64,000 bases of DNA from Vulcanimicrobiota bacterium (GCA_963795855.1 CAWCIZ010000002.1:256001-320000), one strand, 5' to 3'; shown: positions 1 through 11,900, counted from the stretch's first letter. Notes: a model not told the origin generated them from the sequence alone. A program made the numbers and translations.

Positions 1-288
1 CAGCTGCGACGCGCTTCCGCCCATGCGCTGCGCGAGCGATGCGGCAAACCACTCGAAAATGCCGTGCAGTCGCACGATTTCGGCGAGTGCGAGCATGCCG
101 GCGAGAAACGCGTACACCGCGAAGCCGTCGCGAGTCGCGATCGCCGCCTGCGTTCCGGAAAGCAAACCGGCGGCTACCAGAATGGCAGCGCCTGCGGCAG
201 CCCAGATCCATTCGCCGATTCGCAGCGGTCGCGTGACAATCAAAACGATTGTCGCAGCGGCGATGCCCCAGGTTGCCGCAGCATGCAT
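1..288 (-). CDS. ArsB/NhaD/SLC13-like membrane permease, N-terminal part (runs off the window edge)
   Basis: Manual translation MHAAATWGIAAATIVLIVTRPLRIGEWIWAAAGAAILV...VYAFLAGMLALAEIVRLHGIFEWFA; hydrophobic helices and a GxFEW motif typical of ArsB-like permeases. Confidence 0.6.
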   Translation of the reverse strand, partial: MHAAATWGIAAATIVLIVTRPLRIGEWIWAAAGAAILVAAGLLSGTQAAIATRDGFAVYAFLAGMLALAEIVRLHGIFEWFAASLAQRMGGSASQL

Positions 289-397
289 TTGTCGCCAGAT
301 GCTGCGCTCAACCGTGCGCCCCCTCTTCATACTTGTGAGGTCGATTGGGTATGCGGAGCTGAGGCCTTTTTATTTGCTTTCGAGGAGAAATAGACGC

Positions 398-988
398 ATG
401 AGTTCACGGGCTATATTGGGCTTCGCATCCGTCGCGGGACTCGTCGTCAGCATGGCGGTCCCTGCCTTCGCGCAGACGACCACTCCGACAACTACGACTC
501 CGCCGTCGACTACCACGACGACGAATCCGACGACGAACCCCGCGACGCGACCGATGCCGAACTGCCCTCCGGGCACGTCAGCGACGAACGGTAACGCAAA
601 CGCGACGAACCCGAACGCAACGACGACTACCAACGGCACGACGACGACGTCCACCGTAAACAACGGCACGACGACGACCACGTCGCAAACCCCGCCCGCA
701 ACGACGAACACGACGACCGGCACGACGGGTACCACGGGTACCAGCAGCACCACGACGATGAACTGCACGAACACCATGCCCGGCACGGGCACGATGCAGA
801 ACACCGCTCCGATGCCTCAAAACAACATGAACGCGTTGACGGGCAATCCGAACGGACCCGACTGGCTGGCCAAGTTCAACCGGCCCAACGTTCGTTCCAC
901 CAACTTTCTCGGCACGACGACTCGCTCGCGCATGCACCGCTGCCACTACGTGGTCGAAAGCGGCACCCGTACGCGCATTTGCCGATAA
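398..988 (+). CDS. Secreted Thr/Asn/Pro-rich low-complexity protein
   Basis: ATG at 398 with GAGGAG RBS; signal peptide ending AFA-Q; long Thr-rich tract. Confidence 0.7.
   Translation: MSSRAILGFASVAGLVVSMAVPAFAQTTTPTTTTPPSTTTTTNPTTNPATRPMPNCPPGTSATNGNANATNPNATTTTNGTTTTSTVNNGTTTTTSQTPPATTNTTTGTTGTTGTSSTTTMNCTNTMPGTGTMQNTAPMPQNNMNALTGNPNGPDWLAKFNRPNVRSTNFLGTTTRSRMHRCHYVVESGTRTRICR
475..790 (+). repeat. Low-complexity (ACG/ACC)n tract encoding poly-Thr
   Basis: Repeated acgacgacg runs inside the 398..988 CDS. Confidence 0.6.
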
Positions 989-1006
989 CCGGTAACCCGG
1001 CAACGT

Positions 1007-1040
1007 GAGAGGCTCGGCTAGGCCGGGCTCTCTTTTTTTC
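1007..1040 (+). terminator. Intrinsic terminator
   Basis: GAGAGGCTCGGC-TAG-GCCGGGCTCTC hairpin followed by a T7 run, just after the 398..988 CDS. Confidence 0.75.
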
Positions 1041-1836
1041 GTTCCAAAAACCTGTCGACTTCTTGAACGAAACGCTCGAACGCCGTGCGATGGAGATTGT
1101 GCCCCTGATCCTCGAAGACGCGAATTGCGAGGTTCGGTCCGCCGCGCTCCCGCACGCTTTTCAAATCATCCAACGGCACGATGCTCTCTTCCGCGCCGGC
1201 GATTGCAAGAAGCAGCGGTTTCGGATACGCTTCCAAATCGCCGCGCAGGTCCCACGATTCCGGCGGGTTTTCATCGCGCAGCCGTTCGATAGGCACGGCC
1301 GTCATTTCGCGAACCGCGTGTTTCTTGCGTTCGACGTCGATCTCTCCCCAGCCCAGTAGCCGGTACTCTTCCTCGACTTTCGCATCGCGCGCGGCGCCTT
1401 TGAGCGCGAAAAGCGATTTCAAGTCGGCAAGAAACTCGGCGTACCATGGATCACCGGCTTGCCGAATCATGGGATCCACGGCAACGATGCGCTGCACGTC
1501 GAAACGGCGTCCTCCGAGTATCGTCACGGCACCGCCCCACGAATGCCCCACGAGCAAGTCCACGCGATCGGGGATTGCATCCATCACGTTATACAGATCG
1601 AGCAAGCAGCGATGAAGCGTCATGGGACCTTGCACGGCAGCCGAATCACCGTGGCCGCGCTGGTCGTACGCGTAAATCCGAAAGCGGTCGGCATAGTGCA
1701 GCGCGAGCCGTTCCCAGGATTTGCGCGAACTGGTCATACCGTGCACGCAAAGGATTATGGGGCCGCGCTCACCCCATCGCTCCAGCGTCGTTTGCGCGCC
1801 GTCGTCGAGCGTTACGCGTTCTTCCGTATGAGCCAC
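1018..1836 (-). CDS. Alpha/beta fold hydrolase
   Basis: HG motif, DQRGHG, nucleophile elbow GHSWGG, C-terminal GH. Confidence 0.9.
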   Translation of the reverse strand: MAHTEERVTLDDGAQTTLERWGERGPIILCVHGMTSSRKSWERLALHYADRFRIYAYDQRGHGDSAAVQGPMTLHRCLLDLYNVMDAIPDRVDLLVGHSWGGAVTILGGRRFDVQRIVAVDPMIRQAGDPWYAEFLADLKSLFALKGAARDAKVEEEYRLLGWGEIDVERKKHAVREMTAVPIERLRDENPPESWDLRGDLEAYPKPLLLAIAGAEESIVPLDDLKSVRERGGPNLAIRVFEDQGHNLHRTAFERFVQEVDRFLERKKESPA

Positions 1837-1862
1837 GCGCCACGTATAAACCGCTGCGGCGG

Positions 1863-2333
1863 CTATTTCCTCGTCACGCGTTCGTGGAACTCGTCCAGAT
1901 CCTCCAATTTATTCAAGGTCACCGCATCGGAGATCGCCGCGTCGCTCAAGCCGCACGATTGCCGCATCCTGCCCGCCACTTCATCGGGGTGTTCGTACGC
2001 GCGAATGGCTTCGTTGTGCTTACGAATGCGTTCGGGCTCGATCCGGCCGCCGTTCTGTTCGACGACCCAGCGTTCGAACTGCACGTACGTCGGCTTACTC
2101 GTGCGTACGTAGTCCATGGCCTTTTGACGATCGAGATTCATTGCGCTCAGCGTCATCTGATCGAAGCCGGGGCCGCATTCGTCGTAGCCTTCCGGCAGCG
2201 CGTTCGCCGCCGCCAGCGTAAGCTTCGCCCACAATCGCGGCAAATGCACCGCGCCGAGCGGGCCGGCGGTATCCGAGCTGATGAGCGGGACGATTTTTTC
2301 ACGGATACCCGTCGTCGAGCCGGTAGTCGTCAT
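1863..2333 (-). CDS. DUF5069-like protein
   Basis: IVPLISSDTAGPLGAVHLPRLWAK pattern; GAAGGAGG RBS before MTTTG. Confidence 0.7.
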   Translation of the reverse strand: MTTTGSTTGIREKIVPLISSDTAGPLGAVHLPRLWAKLTLAAANALPEGYDECGPGFDQMTLSAMNLDRQKAMDYVRTSKPTYVQFERWVVEQNGGRIEPERIRKHNEAIRAYEHPDEVAGRMRQSCGLSDAAISDAVTLNKLEDLDEFHERVTRK

Positions 2334-2352
2334 TGAGTACCTCCTTCGCGCG

Positions 2353-3264
2353 TTATGCGCGCGCCATTTGATCCGCTGCGTGTCGTGTTTTGAACGTGAG
2401 TTCGGAGACACCGGACTTGTCGAGATCGCCGAGCCCGAGCGCCTTCATGCGCTCGTATTGGCGGAACGTTGCTTCGGCGAGCGGCAAGGTGAGGTCCGCG
2501 TCCCGTGCGAGTGAAAGGGCGATGCCCGAATCCTTTGCCGCGTGTTCGGCGGAAAAATAGCAGTCGTGGTCGCGGTTTTGCATGTCTGCGCCATCGGTTT
2601 CCAAGACGCGCGAATTTGCGCCGGTTTGAGCGAACACTTCTCGCACGGCGTCCAGATCCAAGCCGAGCGCGTCCGCAAGTCCGAGCCCTTCCGCCAAACC
2701 CGCCGTATTGATGTTCATAACCATATTGACGAGCGCCTTGACCTGTGCCGCGCGTCCCGCTTCACCGATGTACCGCAGGTTCGAACTCATGCTCTCGAGC
2801 ACAGGTCGAACGCGCTCGAAGTCATCGCGGCGGCCGCCGCACATCAAATACAGCGAGCCCGAGCGCGCCTGCGGAATGGAACTTGCCATGCACGCTTCCA
2901 ACGCGTGCGCGCCGCGCTCTTCGCACAAACGCTGAACCTCGACGTGCACCTTCGGCGCGACCGTCGCGGCGTTGAGGAAATATTTTCCGTTCGCTCCGTC
3001 GAGCAGCGAATCGCCATCGGTCGCATAGATGCGGTACATCGCCGCGTCGTCCGTAACGACGGTGATGATCACATCGCAAAGTTGCGTAACGCGCGCCAGC
3101 CGCGTGCAGACTTCGGCCTGCGTATCCGCTGCGGTTTCGGCCGCCGCCTGTGGGCGCGTATCGTAGACAGCCGCAACGGCGTAGCCCTCATCTTTCAAAT
3201 GCCGTGCGATGTTGGAACCCATTCGCCCGGCGCCGACGATGCCGATACGATCGCTGCTTGCCAT
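2353..3264 (-). CDS. NAD(P)-dependent oxidoreductase, 3-hydroxyisobutyrate dehydrogenase family
   Basis: Rossmann GIVGAGRMG motif; K-x-x-x-N motif (VKALVN); AAKD. Confidence 0.85.
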   Translation of the reverse strand: MASSDRIGIVGAGRMGSNIARHLKDEGYAVAAVYDTRPQAAAETAADTQAEVCTRLARVTQLCDVIITVVTDDAAMYRIYATDGDSLLDGANGKYFLNAATVAPKVHVEVQRLCEERGAHALEACMASSIPQARSGSLYLMCGGRRDDFERVRPVLESMSSNLRYIGEAGRAAQVKALVNMVMNINTAGLAEGLGLADALGLDLDAVREVFAQTGANSRVLETDGADMQNRDHDCYFSAEHAAKDSGIALSLARDADLTLPLAEATFRQYERMKALGLGDLDKSGVSELTFKTRHAADQMARA

Positions 3265-3390
3265 TCGTGCCTCTGCTCTGGAATGAGGAATAGAAGCGCC
3301 TTTCAACGATGCGCCGCCGCTTCCTTATGAACCGGCCGAGTGGCCGCCATATCGCAGTACCGGCAAGTCTGCAGCCGGATTGTTTGCGCG

Positions 3391-3399
3391 TGCTATAAT
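3391..3399 (+). promoter_or_regulatory. Extended -10 promoter, probably leaderless
   Basis: TGCTATAAT 6 nt upstream of ATG 3406; no SD sequence. Confidence 0.6.
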
Positions 3400-3405
3400 C
3401 CGTTG

Positions 3406-5413
3406 ATGCTGCAGTGGGCCGTTTTTGCGTTAGCCGCCCTCGCGCCCAATCCAACGCCTACTCCGAGCACCACACCGTCGCCTTTGCCGATTATCTCCTC
3501 GGTTCGGATTGCGACCGGTTCTTCCGAAACGCTGCATGCGCTTCCCGTCGCCGCATCGGTCATCGATAGCGTTTCGATAGCAAGTTCGAGCGCGTACGCC
3601 ACCGATGCGTTGCTGCGTTCGCTTCCCGGATTCGATCGCACGCGCAGCAATAGTCTGTTCACCAATTACGGGCAGCTGCGTGTATCGTTTGCCGGTGCGG
3701 GAAGCGATCGCGGGTTGGTGTTGGCTGACGGAGTCCCTGCTCAGGACGCTTTCGGCGGTCAAATAGATTGGGCTGCATATCCCGCGAGCGACATCGAGCG
3801 CGCGGAATTGCTGCTCGGAGCCGGATCCGCGCTTTACGGCGCAGGCGCCGTCGGCGGCGTTCTCGATATCGAAACGTACTCGCCGCCGGCGGACCGGACC
3901 CTGCCGGCGGGTAACGTGTCGCTGGCGGCCGGGAGCCGCGCTTTTTCGCAGCAGTGGGCGAACGCAAGGGTGACGATTGCACCTCGCCTGAATGCGTCGT
4001 TCGCGCTGCAGCAACAGCGTTTGGAGTATTCGGCGCTCGCGCCCGGCTATCAGAGCGCCATCGATCGGGTCTCGCAAGCCGATGCAAGCATGGCAGCATT
4101 TCGCCTCCGGTATGCCGCAACGAGCCGTGATACGATCGAACTGGGAGAGCGCGGCGCATGGGACGATCAATTCGAAGGCCGTACGAACTACGCGTTTTCG
4201 CGACGGCTCGTACAAACGGACGCCCGTTTCACGCATGCGACGCCGCGCAGCACGCTGCAGACTACGCTTTACAGTCGCAGCGCGTTCATCGTGAACGCGG
4301 CCGACCAGTATCCTACCGCGCCCGGCGCGCTGCGCTACGTACAAGACGTCCCCACGAACGAAAGCGGCGCCGCTCTTCGATGGATATTCGGCGCCGGGCC
4401 GTCGACTTTCGAACTTACCGCGGACGCTCGTCACGCAGGGGGGGAAAGCGCGCAGTACGGCACGGCCGCGGCGTTGCAAAACTCCGGAGCAGGTCTGCAG
4501 AGTTTGGGCGGCGTTGCAGCTCAGTGGACGCGGCGCATGCGCCGCTTCGAGCTCGTAGCCGGCGCGCGCTTCGACGAAGTGCGCTCGTACGGCGAGCAGC
4601 TCGCGACGGCATCGCGCGGCGTCACGACGGTGACGGCGCCGCCGGACCGTCTGGACGAAGCGATATCGCCGCGCATCGCCGCGCGTTACGACGTTTCGCC
4701 GCATCTTGCGCTTCGCGCATCCTGGGGCAGCGGATTACGCGCGCCGTTCCTAAACGAACTCGTGCGCGGATACTTCATCGGAAGCGTCGCGTTTGAACCG
4801 AATCCGGCGCTCGTGCCGGAACGCAGCCGCACACTTTCGGGCGGCATCGACTTTTTGGGAACGGTTTCGCATCTCTCACTCGACGCGTTCGACACCAGCG
4901 TAAACGACGCCATCATGTTTCGCACGATCGATGCAACGCATCAGATGCGCAGCAACGTCGCTGCGACGCGGACCGAATCGTACCTGCTGCGCTACACGCG
5001 CGCGCTCGGCGGATGTTCGCGTATCTCGGCCGTGGTTCGGCAATCAAGATGCACGCGTCGCCGCCGGTCCGCCGGCAATCGCCGGTAAGCGCCTGCAATA
5101 CGTGCCCGAGCAATCGGCGTCCGTCGAATACGCGGGCCGGATCGGTCGCGTCGGCATGGGAGCATCCGTTTCGTACATCGGGCAAACGTACGCGGACGAC
5201 CTGAATACGCAGCCGCTCGGCACCGCAGTGTTGATTGGCGCGCGCCTTCGCATCCCGCTCGCCGCCGGTGCGAGCATCGAGGCCATCACCGACAACTTGA
5301 CGGATGCCAGGTACCTCTCGAGCATCGACCGCTACGGGTCGCCGCAGCTTCTCTCCGTGAACGTCACCCTGCCCGTGGGCAGCCCCGACGCACGAAACGC
5401 CTGCTCGCAGTAA
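3406..5413 (+). CDS. TonB-dependent receptor (frameshift near 5030)
   Basis: Plug domain (LVLADGVP...IERAELLLGAGSALYGAGAVGGV), beta-barrel features (NPALVPERS); C-terminus continues in the 4931..5413 frame (DNLTDARY). Confidence 0.85.
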
Positions 5414-5480
5414 GCGTTCGAGCGAGGGGAACAATGGGCGAAGTGAATGCGTTCACCCGTTAGGAGGGACCAAGCTTCGA

Positions 5481-5972
5481 ATGTTCATCAAACGCGCACT
5501 CGCAGGAACCACGCTGGCCGCCGTTCTGGCACTGATCGTGCCCGCAGCGCCGGCTCTCGCCAACGGCGCGGCGAGCACCCGCAACATTCTGTTCGGGCTC
5601 GGCGCAGCGACGTATCTGATCATCCAACACAACCGCAAGGTCCACGAGAAATACGCGGAATACGACCGGCGCCAAGCGGAACTGCAATCGCAGAGCAATG
5701 ACGCCTGGGCGGCGTACAGCAGCGAAAAGAACGCGTACGACAACGCTATCGCGGAAGTCGGCGACCTCAAACGGGAAGTCTCCTACCAGCACAACGTCGT
5801 GCAGCAGCTTCGCCATCAACTGGCGATGAGCGGCCGCCAAAGCGGATTCTCGGCGCAAACGGCATACGCTCCGCAGCCGCGTCGCGCGGCTCCGCATAGG
5901 ACTCACCGCGCCGCAGCGGCCAATGCCGGCAACTCGGTCGCGATGGTTTCGTACGGGTGGGGACAGCTGTAA
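5481..5972 (+). CDS. Secreted hypothetical protein with coiled coil
   Basis: AGGAGG RBS; signal peptide ending ALA; ends in YGWGQL. Confidence 0.7.
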   Translation: MFIKRALAGTTLAAVLALIVPAAPALANGAASTRNILFGLGAATYLIIQHNRKVHEKYAEYDRRQAELQSQSNDAWAAYSSEKNAYDNAIAEVGDLKREVSYQHNVVQQLRHQLAMSGRQSGFSAQTAYAPQPRRAAPHRTHRAAAANAGNSVAMVSYGWGQL

Positions 5973-5974
5973 CG

Positions 5975-6352
5975 ATGCGAATCGTTGCTGTGCTTGCGGG
6001 CGCCGGCCTCGCGCTGGCGCTCGCCGCATGCGGCGGGGGCGCCACCGGCCAAGCTCAAAACCTCGCCGACACGACGACGAAGGCGGCCTTCAACGACGAT
6101 CCGAACGGCGTTACCGCGCATTTCGACGATCAACTCAAATCCCAGGTGACGCGCGCGGAGGTCGGCGTCCTCTCGGACCGCATGCATAAGAGGGGCGAGT
6201 ATCAGGGGTTGACGTTCGTAAGCGCGGACCCGAACAAAAACGAATACACGTACCGGGCGAATTTTTCGAAGGGATCGGTGCCCGTGGTCGTCCGCCTGGA
6301 CGGCAACGGCGAGATCGCGGCGTACCGCGTGGAACTCCCCGCTTCGCTGTAG
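5975..6352 (+). CDS. Small lipoprotein (DUF3887-like)
   Basis: Lipobox LAAC after a hydrophobic signal. Confidence 0.7.
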   Translation: MRIVAVLAGAGLALALAACGGGATGQAQNLADTTTKAAFNDDPNGVTAHFDDQLKSQVTRAEVGVLSDRMHKRGEYQGLTFVSADPNKNEYTYRANFSKGSVPVVVRLDGNGEIAAYRVELPASL

Positions 6353-6381
6353 CGCGCCGTTGGTTTGGGAACACCCGTCCC

Positions 6382-7077
6382 ATGGGCGACGACGCGTACA
6401 TTCCCGCCGACGAGACGCTCCTCTGGCGCTACATGAAGCTGAACTCCTTTTTGGAGCTGCTCAGCGGCCATTTGATACAAACGCGCATCGACGTCTTGAA
6501 CGACGCCGCCGAGGGCGCGTTCGGCTACAAGCACATTCGATTCGCACCCGCGCTTCGAACGGACGGGCGCGACAACGCGCAAGCGATACGCGCCGCGCGA
6601 TTGCGCGTCGCCGCCACGTATTGGTTCGAGTTCGAGGAGCGCGAGTCGTATGGGATGTGGAACCTGTACGGCCGCACCGGCGAATCCGTGGCGATTGAAA
6701 CCACCGTCGGAGCGTTACGCGAACTGCTCGGCCGCGAGGGCTCAGTGCGCATCGAGCGCATGCGCTACGAGCCCATGCACGGCGAGATCGACGACATCGC
6801 CACGCTCTTTTTTCACAAACGGCGCGAATACAAAGAGGAACGCGAAATCCGCAGCGTCCAGGTATTCGAAGAGCAGCTCTCCGACACAATCGTCGATCAA
6901 AAACTTTCGTTGGACGATCTGAACCTGCTGATCCGGCGCATCGTTCTTGCGCCGGACAGCCGGCAGACCTTCATCGACGCCGCAAAGCACGTCGTCGAGA
7001 GCGTGTTCGCCTTCGACGACAAGCGCTTTGGCGGCGAGATCTGCGGCTCGGCCCTCGATCAGGATTTGATTCCTTGA
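6382..7077 (+). CDS. DUF2971-like protein
   Basis: LWRYM...ESYGMWNLYG...VAIET...HKRREYKEEREIR motifs. Confidence 0.7.
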   Translation: MGDDAYIPADETLLWRYMKLNSFLELLSGHLIQTRIDVLNDAAEGAFGYKHIRFAPALRTDGRDNAQAIRAARLRVAATYWFEFEERESYGMWNLYGRTGESVAIETTVGALRELLGREGSVRIERMRYEPMHGEIDDIATLFFHKRREYKEEREIRSVQVFEEQLSDTIVDQKLSLDDLNLLIRRIVLAPDSRQTFIDAAKHVVESVFAFDDKRFGGEICGSALDQDLIP

Positions 7078-7098
7078 CGTTGCGGCGCGCGGGGCGAT

Positions 7099-8918
7099 TT
7101 ACTTTTTGAAGATCTTGCCGATGACGCCGCCGACTCCGTCCATCGGCGCCGCTTCGTAGCCAGCTTCCTCCAAAACGTCCCCGACGATCGTCAGCGCGAT
7201 TTGCTTGCGGTTCGGCGTTCCTTCGACCAGCGCCTGATACATGTGAATTGCCTGGTCTTTCTTGATCTTCGCCGGCATCGGCGGTTCGTGTTCGTCGACG
7301 ACGCATTCGATGATCGCCGGGCCCGGATGTGCGAGCGCTTCTTTCACCGTATCTCCGGCCTGACGAGTCTCGGTAATGCGCAGCCCCTTCGCACCGCACG
7401 CTTCAGCGAACTTCACGAAATCCATCGGCGCGAATTTCACGCCGTACTCGGGGTTGCCGAGGAAGACCATCTGTTCCCACTTGATGAGTCCGAGCGTGTT
7501 GTTCTTGAGCACGAAGATTTTAACCGGCAGATTGTGCTGCACGCATGTCAGAAAGTCTCCGAGCTGCATCGTCATCGATCCGTCGCCCGTAAACGCGACG
7601 ACTTGCCGGCCGGGAAACGCCGCCTGAGCGCCGATCGCGTAGGGCAGCGCAGCCGCCATCGAACAGTTGGTTCCGGAGAACGAAAACTGCTGATTGGCTC
7701 GTAGTTTGATCTGCCGCGCCGCCCAAGTCGTCACGGTGCCCGAGTCGCCACAGATGATCGCGTCGTCGTCCAGATGCGGCCAAAGGTGCCAAGCCGGAAC
7801 TTGCGGCCGCATCGGCACATCGTCGCGCGTTCCGCGCTCCTCCATGAGCGCCCACCACTCTTTCATGCCGTCCTGCGCCTGCTTGAGGAACGCGCGGTCG
7901 TCGTTGCGCGGGACGTGGTTGAGCAGCATTTGGAGCGTGAGCCGCGCATCGCCGCACAATCCGTACGTCACGGCGGCGCGCAAACCGATTCGCTCCGGTT
8001 TGTCGTCGATCTGCACGATCGCCGTCTCTGCCGGGCTTAGGATAGAACTCGATGTACGGCATGGTGCTGCCGACGATCAGCAGCAGCTCGCACCCTTTCA
8101 TCGCTTCTTCCGACGGCTTCGTGCCCACCATCGCTATCGATCCGGTCGTATACGGGCTATCGTCCGGCACGCAGTCCTTGCCGAGCATCGCCTTCACGAT
8201 GGGCGCGGCGAGGCGTTCGGCGAACTGTTCCAGCTCTTTACGGCATCCGCGAGCGCCCGCGCCGGCCAGGATACAGATTTTCTTCTTGCCTTCGAAAAGC
8301 TTCGCCGCCGCCTCGACTTCGCTGCGCTGCGGCGCGCGTTCGTGCTGATGCCAGCGCGTCGAGGTGTGCCCCTTGACGTTGCGGTGCGATCGGTTTCCGC
8401 CTTCGGCGTCGGCGGCTTGAAAATCGATTGGAAAACCGATGTATGCAGGGCCGCGCTGCGAAAGTGCGCTGCGAATTGCGAAATCGACCACGTTCGTGAT
8501 GTGCTGCACGCCCATGATGCGTTCGCTGTAGACGCACAGCGGCGCGACGATCCGATCGGTAGGGACATCCTGGAGATAGTTCGTGCCTTCGAGATCGTGG
8601 TACGCCATGCCGCCGATCGCCAGGATCGGCGCTTGTTCGGATTTGGAATCCAGAATGCCGTTCATCATGTGAATGACGCCCGGCCCTGCCGTAGAAAAAC
8701 AAACGCCCAGGCTGCCCCGTAAATTTCGCGTAGCCGACCGCGGCCATTGCCGCGACTTCTTCGTGGCGAACGTGCACGTACCGCAGGCGATCCTGATGCT
8801 TGCGAAGCGCCTCCATAAAGCCGTTGATCCCGTCGCCCGGCAAACCGAAGATCGTGTCGACGCCCCAATCGATGAGTCGCTCGACCATGACCTCCGCGCC
8901 GACTTTGGTTGTGCTCAT
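7099..8918 (-). CDS. TPP-dependent pyruvate oxidase/dehydrogenase family enzyme (2 frameshifts)
   Basis: WGVDTIFGLPGDGING, HEEVAA and the TPP motif GDGS...NN, spread over three ORF frames. Confidence 0.85.
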
Positions 8919-11900
8919 CTCCTTGCCTCCGTTGTGTTTGGACAGGTTCAGCATCATCACGGATCCCGTCACGACCGTCGCTATCCCGGCACCTATTGCG
9001 ATCTCCCGCAGGCGCGTGCTCCGCGCGAGGCCGTCCATGTCCGGCGCGTACTCACCGCGTTCGAGGGCCATGCGAAGCACTTGCGCGATGTGCAGCGGCT
9101 TGCGCTGCGCGCCTTCCTCGATTTGGTGACGGCAGCTGAACCCGTCGGCAATGACGAGCGTCGAGGCGGATGCGTCGCGTACTTTCGGCAGAATGACTCG
9201 CTCGCCGCACGCTTGCGATACTTCATAGCGATCGCCGGCTTCGTACCCAAGCTGCCCGCCATTCCGCAGCAGCCGGAATCCGGAATATCCAGCTCGCAGC
9301 CCGAGTTTTTCCATCATCGCGCGCTCCGCTTTGAATTTCATCACCGCGCCCTGATGGCAATGCACCTGCACGATCGCGTGCTTGTGAAGCTTCGGAACCT
9401 TCCAGTGCCAGTTGCCGCCTTTTTGTTCGAGAAATTCGGCGAGCGTGTACGTTTGCTGCGCGAGCCGCTGCGCGTCGAGATCGTTCGGGAAACATATTCA
9501 CCAGTTCGTCGCGGAACGCGGCGATACAGCTGGGCTCGAGTCCCACGATCGGCGTGCCGTCGCGCAAGAACGGCTCCATGGTGTGAATCGCGTCGCGAAA
9601 GTAGGCTTTCGCGAGCGTGAGAAAGCCGTAATCGAAGAACGGGCGCCCGCAGCATACGCGCGTTTGCGGCACGACGACTTCAAAACCGAGTTCTTCGAGC
9701 GCAACCGTCGCTGCTATGGCGACCTCGGGCGTGAAGTACGTGTTGAACGTGTCCGCCCACAGCACGACCGTTTGCCGCTGCGTCGCGGCGGACCGCGGCG
9801 CGCTCTTGTGACGCTTCCACCAGCGGTCGAACGGCACCGCGGCAAAACGCGGAAGCTCGCGCTCCGGCGCGATACCGCCGAATGCTTTGAGCACTTGCGA
9901 GAGCACGGGGGTGCGAGAGCACGCCGTTCACGACGTCGGGCGATTGCGCGGCAAGCGGCGCCCAGATCGGAATCAGCCCCATCGCATATGCCGACGGCGG
10001 ACGCACGCGTCCCTGGTAGTAATGCGCCAAGAACTCCGCCTTGTACGTCGCCATGTCGACCTGCACGGGGCAGTCGCCTTTGCATCCCTTGCACGCGAGG
10101 CACAGATGCAGCGCTTCGTTGACCTCCTCGTTCTTCCAATTGTTTTTCTCCCGGGCCGCTCGGGTCGCATCATCTCTTGCAGCAGGCGCGCGCGACCGCG
10201 CGTCGAGTGCTTCTCTTCGCGCGTCGCCATGAAACTGGGGCACATCGTTCCACCCTCGGTATGCCGGCATTTGCCGATGCCGAAACACCGGTTCGAGGCC
10301 TCCATGAAACTGAAGTTATCTTGCGGGAAAGCTGAAATACGACTCGAAATCGATGGGCGTGTAATCCGTGCCTTCGCGCAGATTCGTGTCGAGCGGATAC
10401 GGATCGAGAGTTTGCCGGGATTCATCTTGTTCTGCGGATCCCAGATTGCTTTGAACTCTCGGAACGCGGTGATGATCTCTTCGCCGAACGCCTTGGGCAG
10501 AAGCTCCGCCCGTCCTTGGCCGTCTCCGTGCTCGCCGGATGGAAGGCCGCCGTACGATACGACCAGATCGGTCGCCTGTTCCATGAACGCGCGGAATTTT
10601 TTGACGTTGTCCGCGGTTCGGAATTTGAAATCGATGCGGCAATGGATGCAGCCCTGTCCCCAATGCCCGTAAAACGTCCCGTCGTACTCGAATTTTCCGA
10701 GCAATTTTTCGAAGTCGCGCAAGATAATCTCCGAGAACTTCCGGCGCTAGGGCGGCGTCTTCCCAGTTCGGCCATCCCCCTTCTCCGCCCAGGCCGATCG
10801 GCATACGCGCGGTACTGGCGCTGTGCCGCCGAATCTCCCAGACCGCTTCTTCGTCTTGCGGACTCTCCAAAAGTTTGAAGTTCGGTCCATTCGCAGCGCG
10901 CTAAACGCGCGCGCAGCGCTTCCGCTTGCGCGTCGGCCTCCTTTTTCGTTTGCGCGCCGAACTGCGCGACGACGAATTCGCGCCCTTGCGGAAGAACGTA
11001 ACGGCCGCCGAAGTTGAGCGATTTCTTGTCGAGATTGCTGATGACGTGGCTCGAGAAGAACTCGATCGCCATCGGCTGGTATTCATGCAGAAGCGGAACG
11101 ATATCGCCCGAGCTCCCGAGATCGGGAAAACCTAGGACGACGAGCGATTTGTGCTGCGGCTGCCGGCACGAGGCGCAACTTCGCCTCGAGCGTGAGCGCG
11201 CACGTTCCTTCGCTTCCCACAAGGCGCTCGCGCCACGTTGAAGCCGTTCTCCGGCAGAAGCATATCGAGACTGTAGCCGGAGACCAGACGCGGAATTTTC
11301 GGAAAACGGCGGCGAATCAACTGGGCGTAGGCATCGCGCAACGCGCGCAAGCGTGAATAAATTTCGCCGCGCCTGCCGCCGCCCGCAACGATCTCGTGCA
11401 GTTCGCGTTCGCTCGTCGCCCCCACGCGCATGCGCAGGCCGTCGTACGTGAGAACGTCGAGTTCGAAGACGTTTTCGGCGGTGCGCCCCGCCATCAGCGC
11501 GTGCGTGCCGCACGAGTTGTTTCCGATCATCCCGCCGATCGTGCAATGATCGTGCGTTGCCGGATCGGGACCGAACGTGATCGGTCCTCGCTCGGCCGCC
11601 GCGCCGCGCAACTGATCGCAGATGACGCCCGGCTGAACGCGAGCCGTCATCTCTTCCGGATCGATGTCCAGAATTTTGTTCAGATATTTCGACGTGTCGA
11701 TGACGACGGCGGCGTTGCAGCACTGGCCCGCCAGGCTCGTGCCGCAGCCGCGCGGCCAGAATCGGAACCCCGTTTTCGCGGCAAATAGCCACCGCTTGTT
11801 CCACGTCGCCGGTGCTTCTGGGTATGACGATGCCGATCGGCACTTGGCGATACACTGAGGCATCGTACGCGTACATCGCGCGATCGCCGTCGGAGAACCG

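Noticed and set aside
475..790. ACG repeats as a CRISPR or tandem DNA repeat array
   Set aside because: They are irregular codon-level repeats encoding Thr, with no repeat-spacer periodicity and no cas genes.
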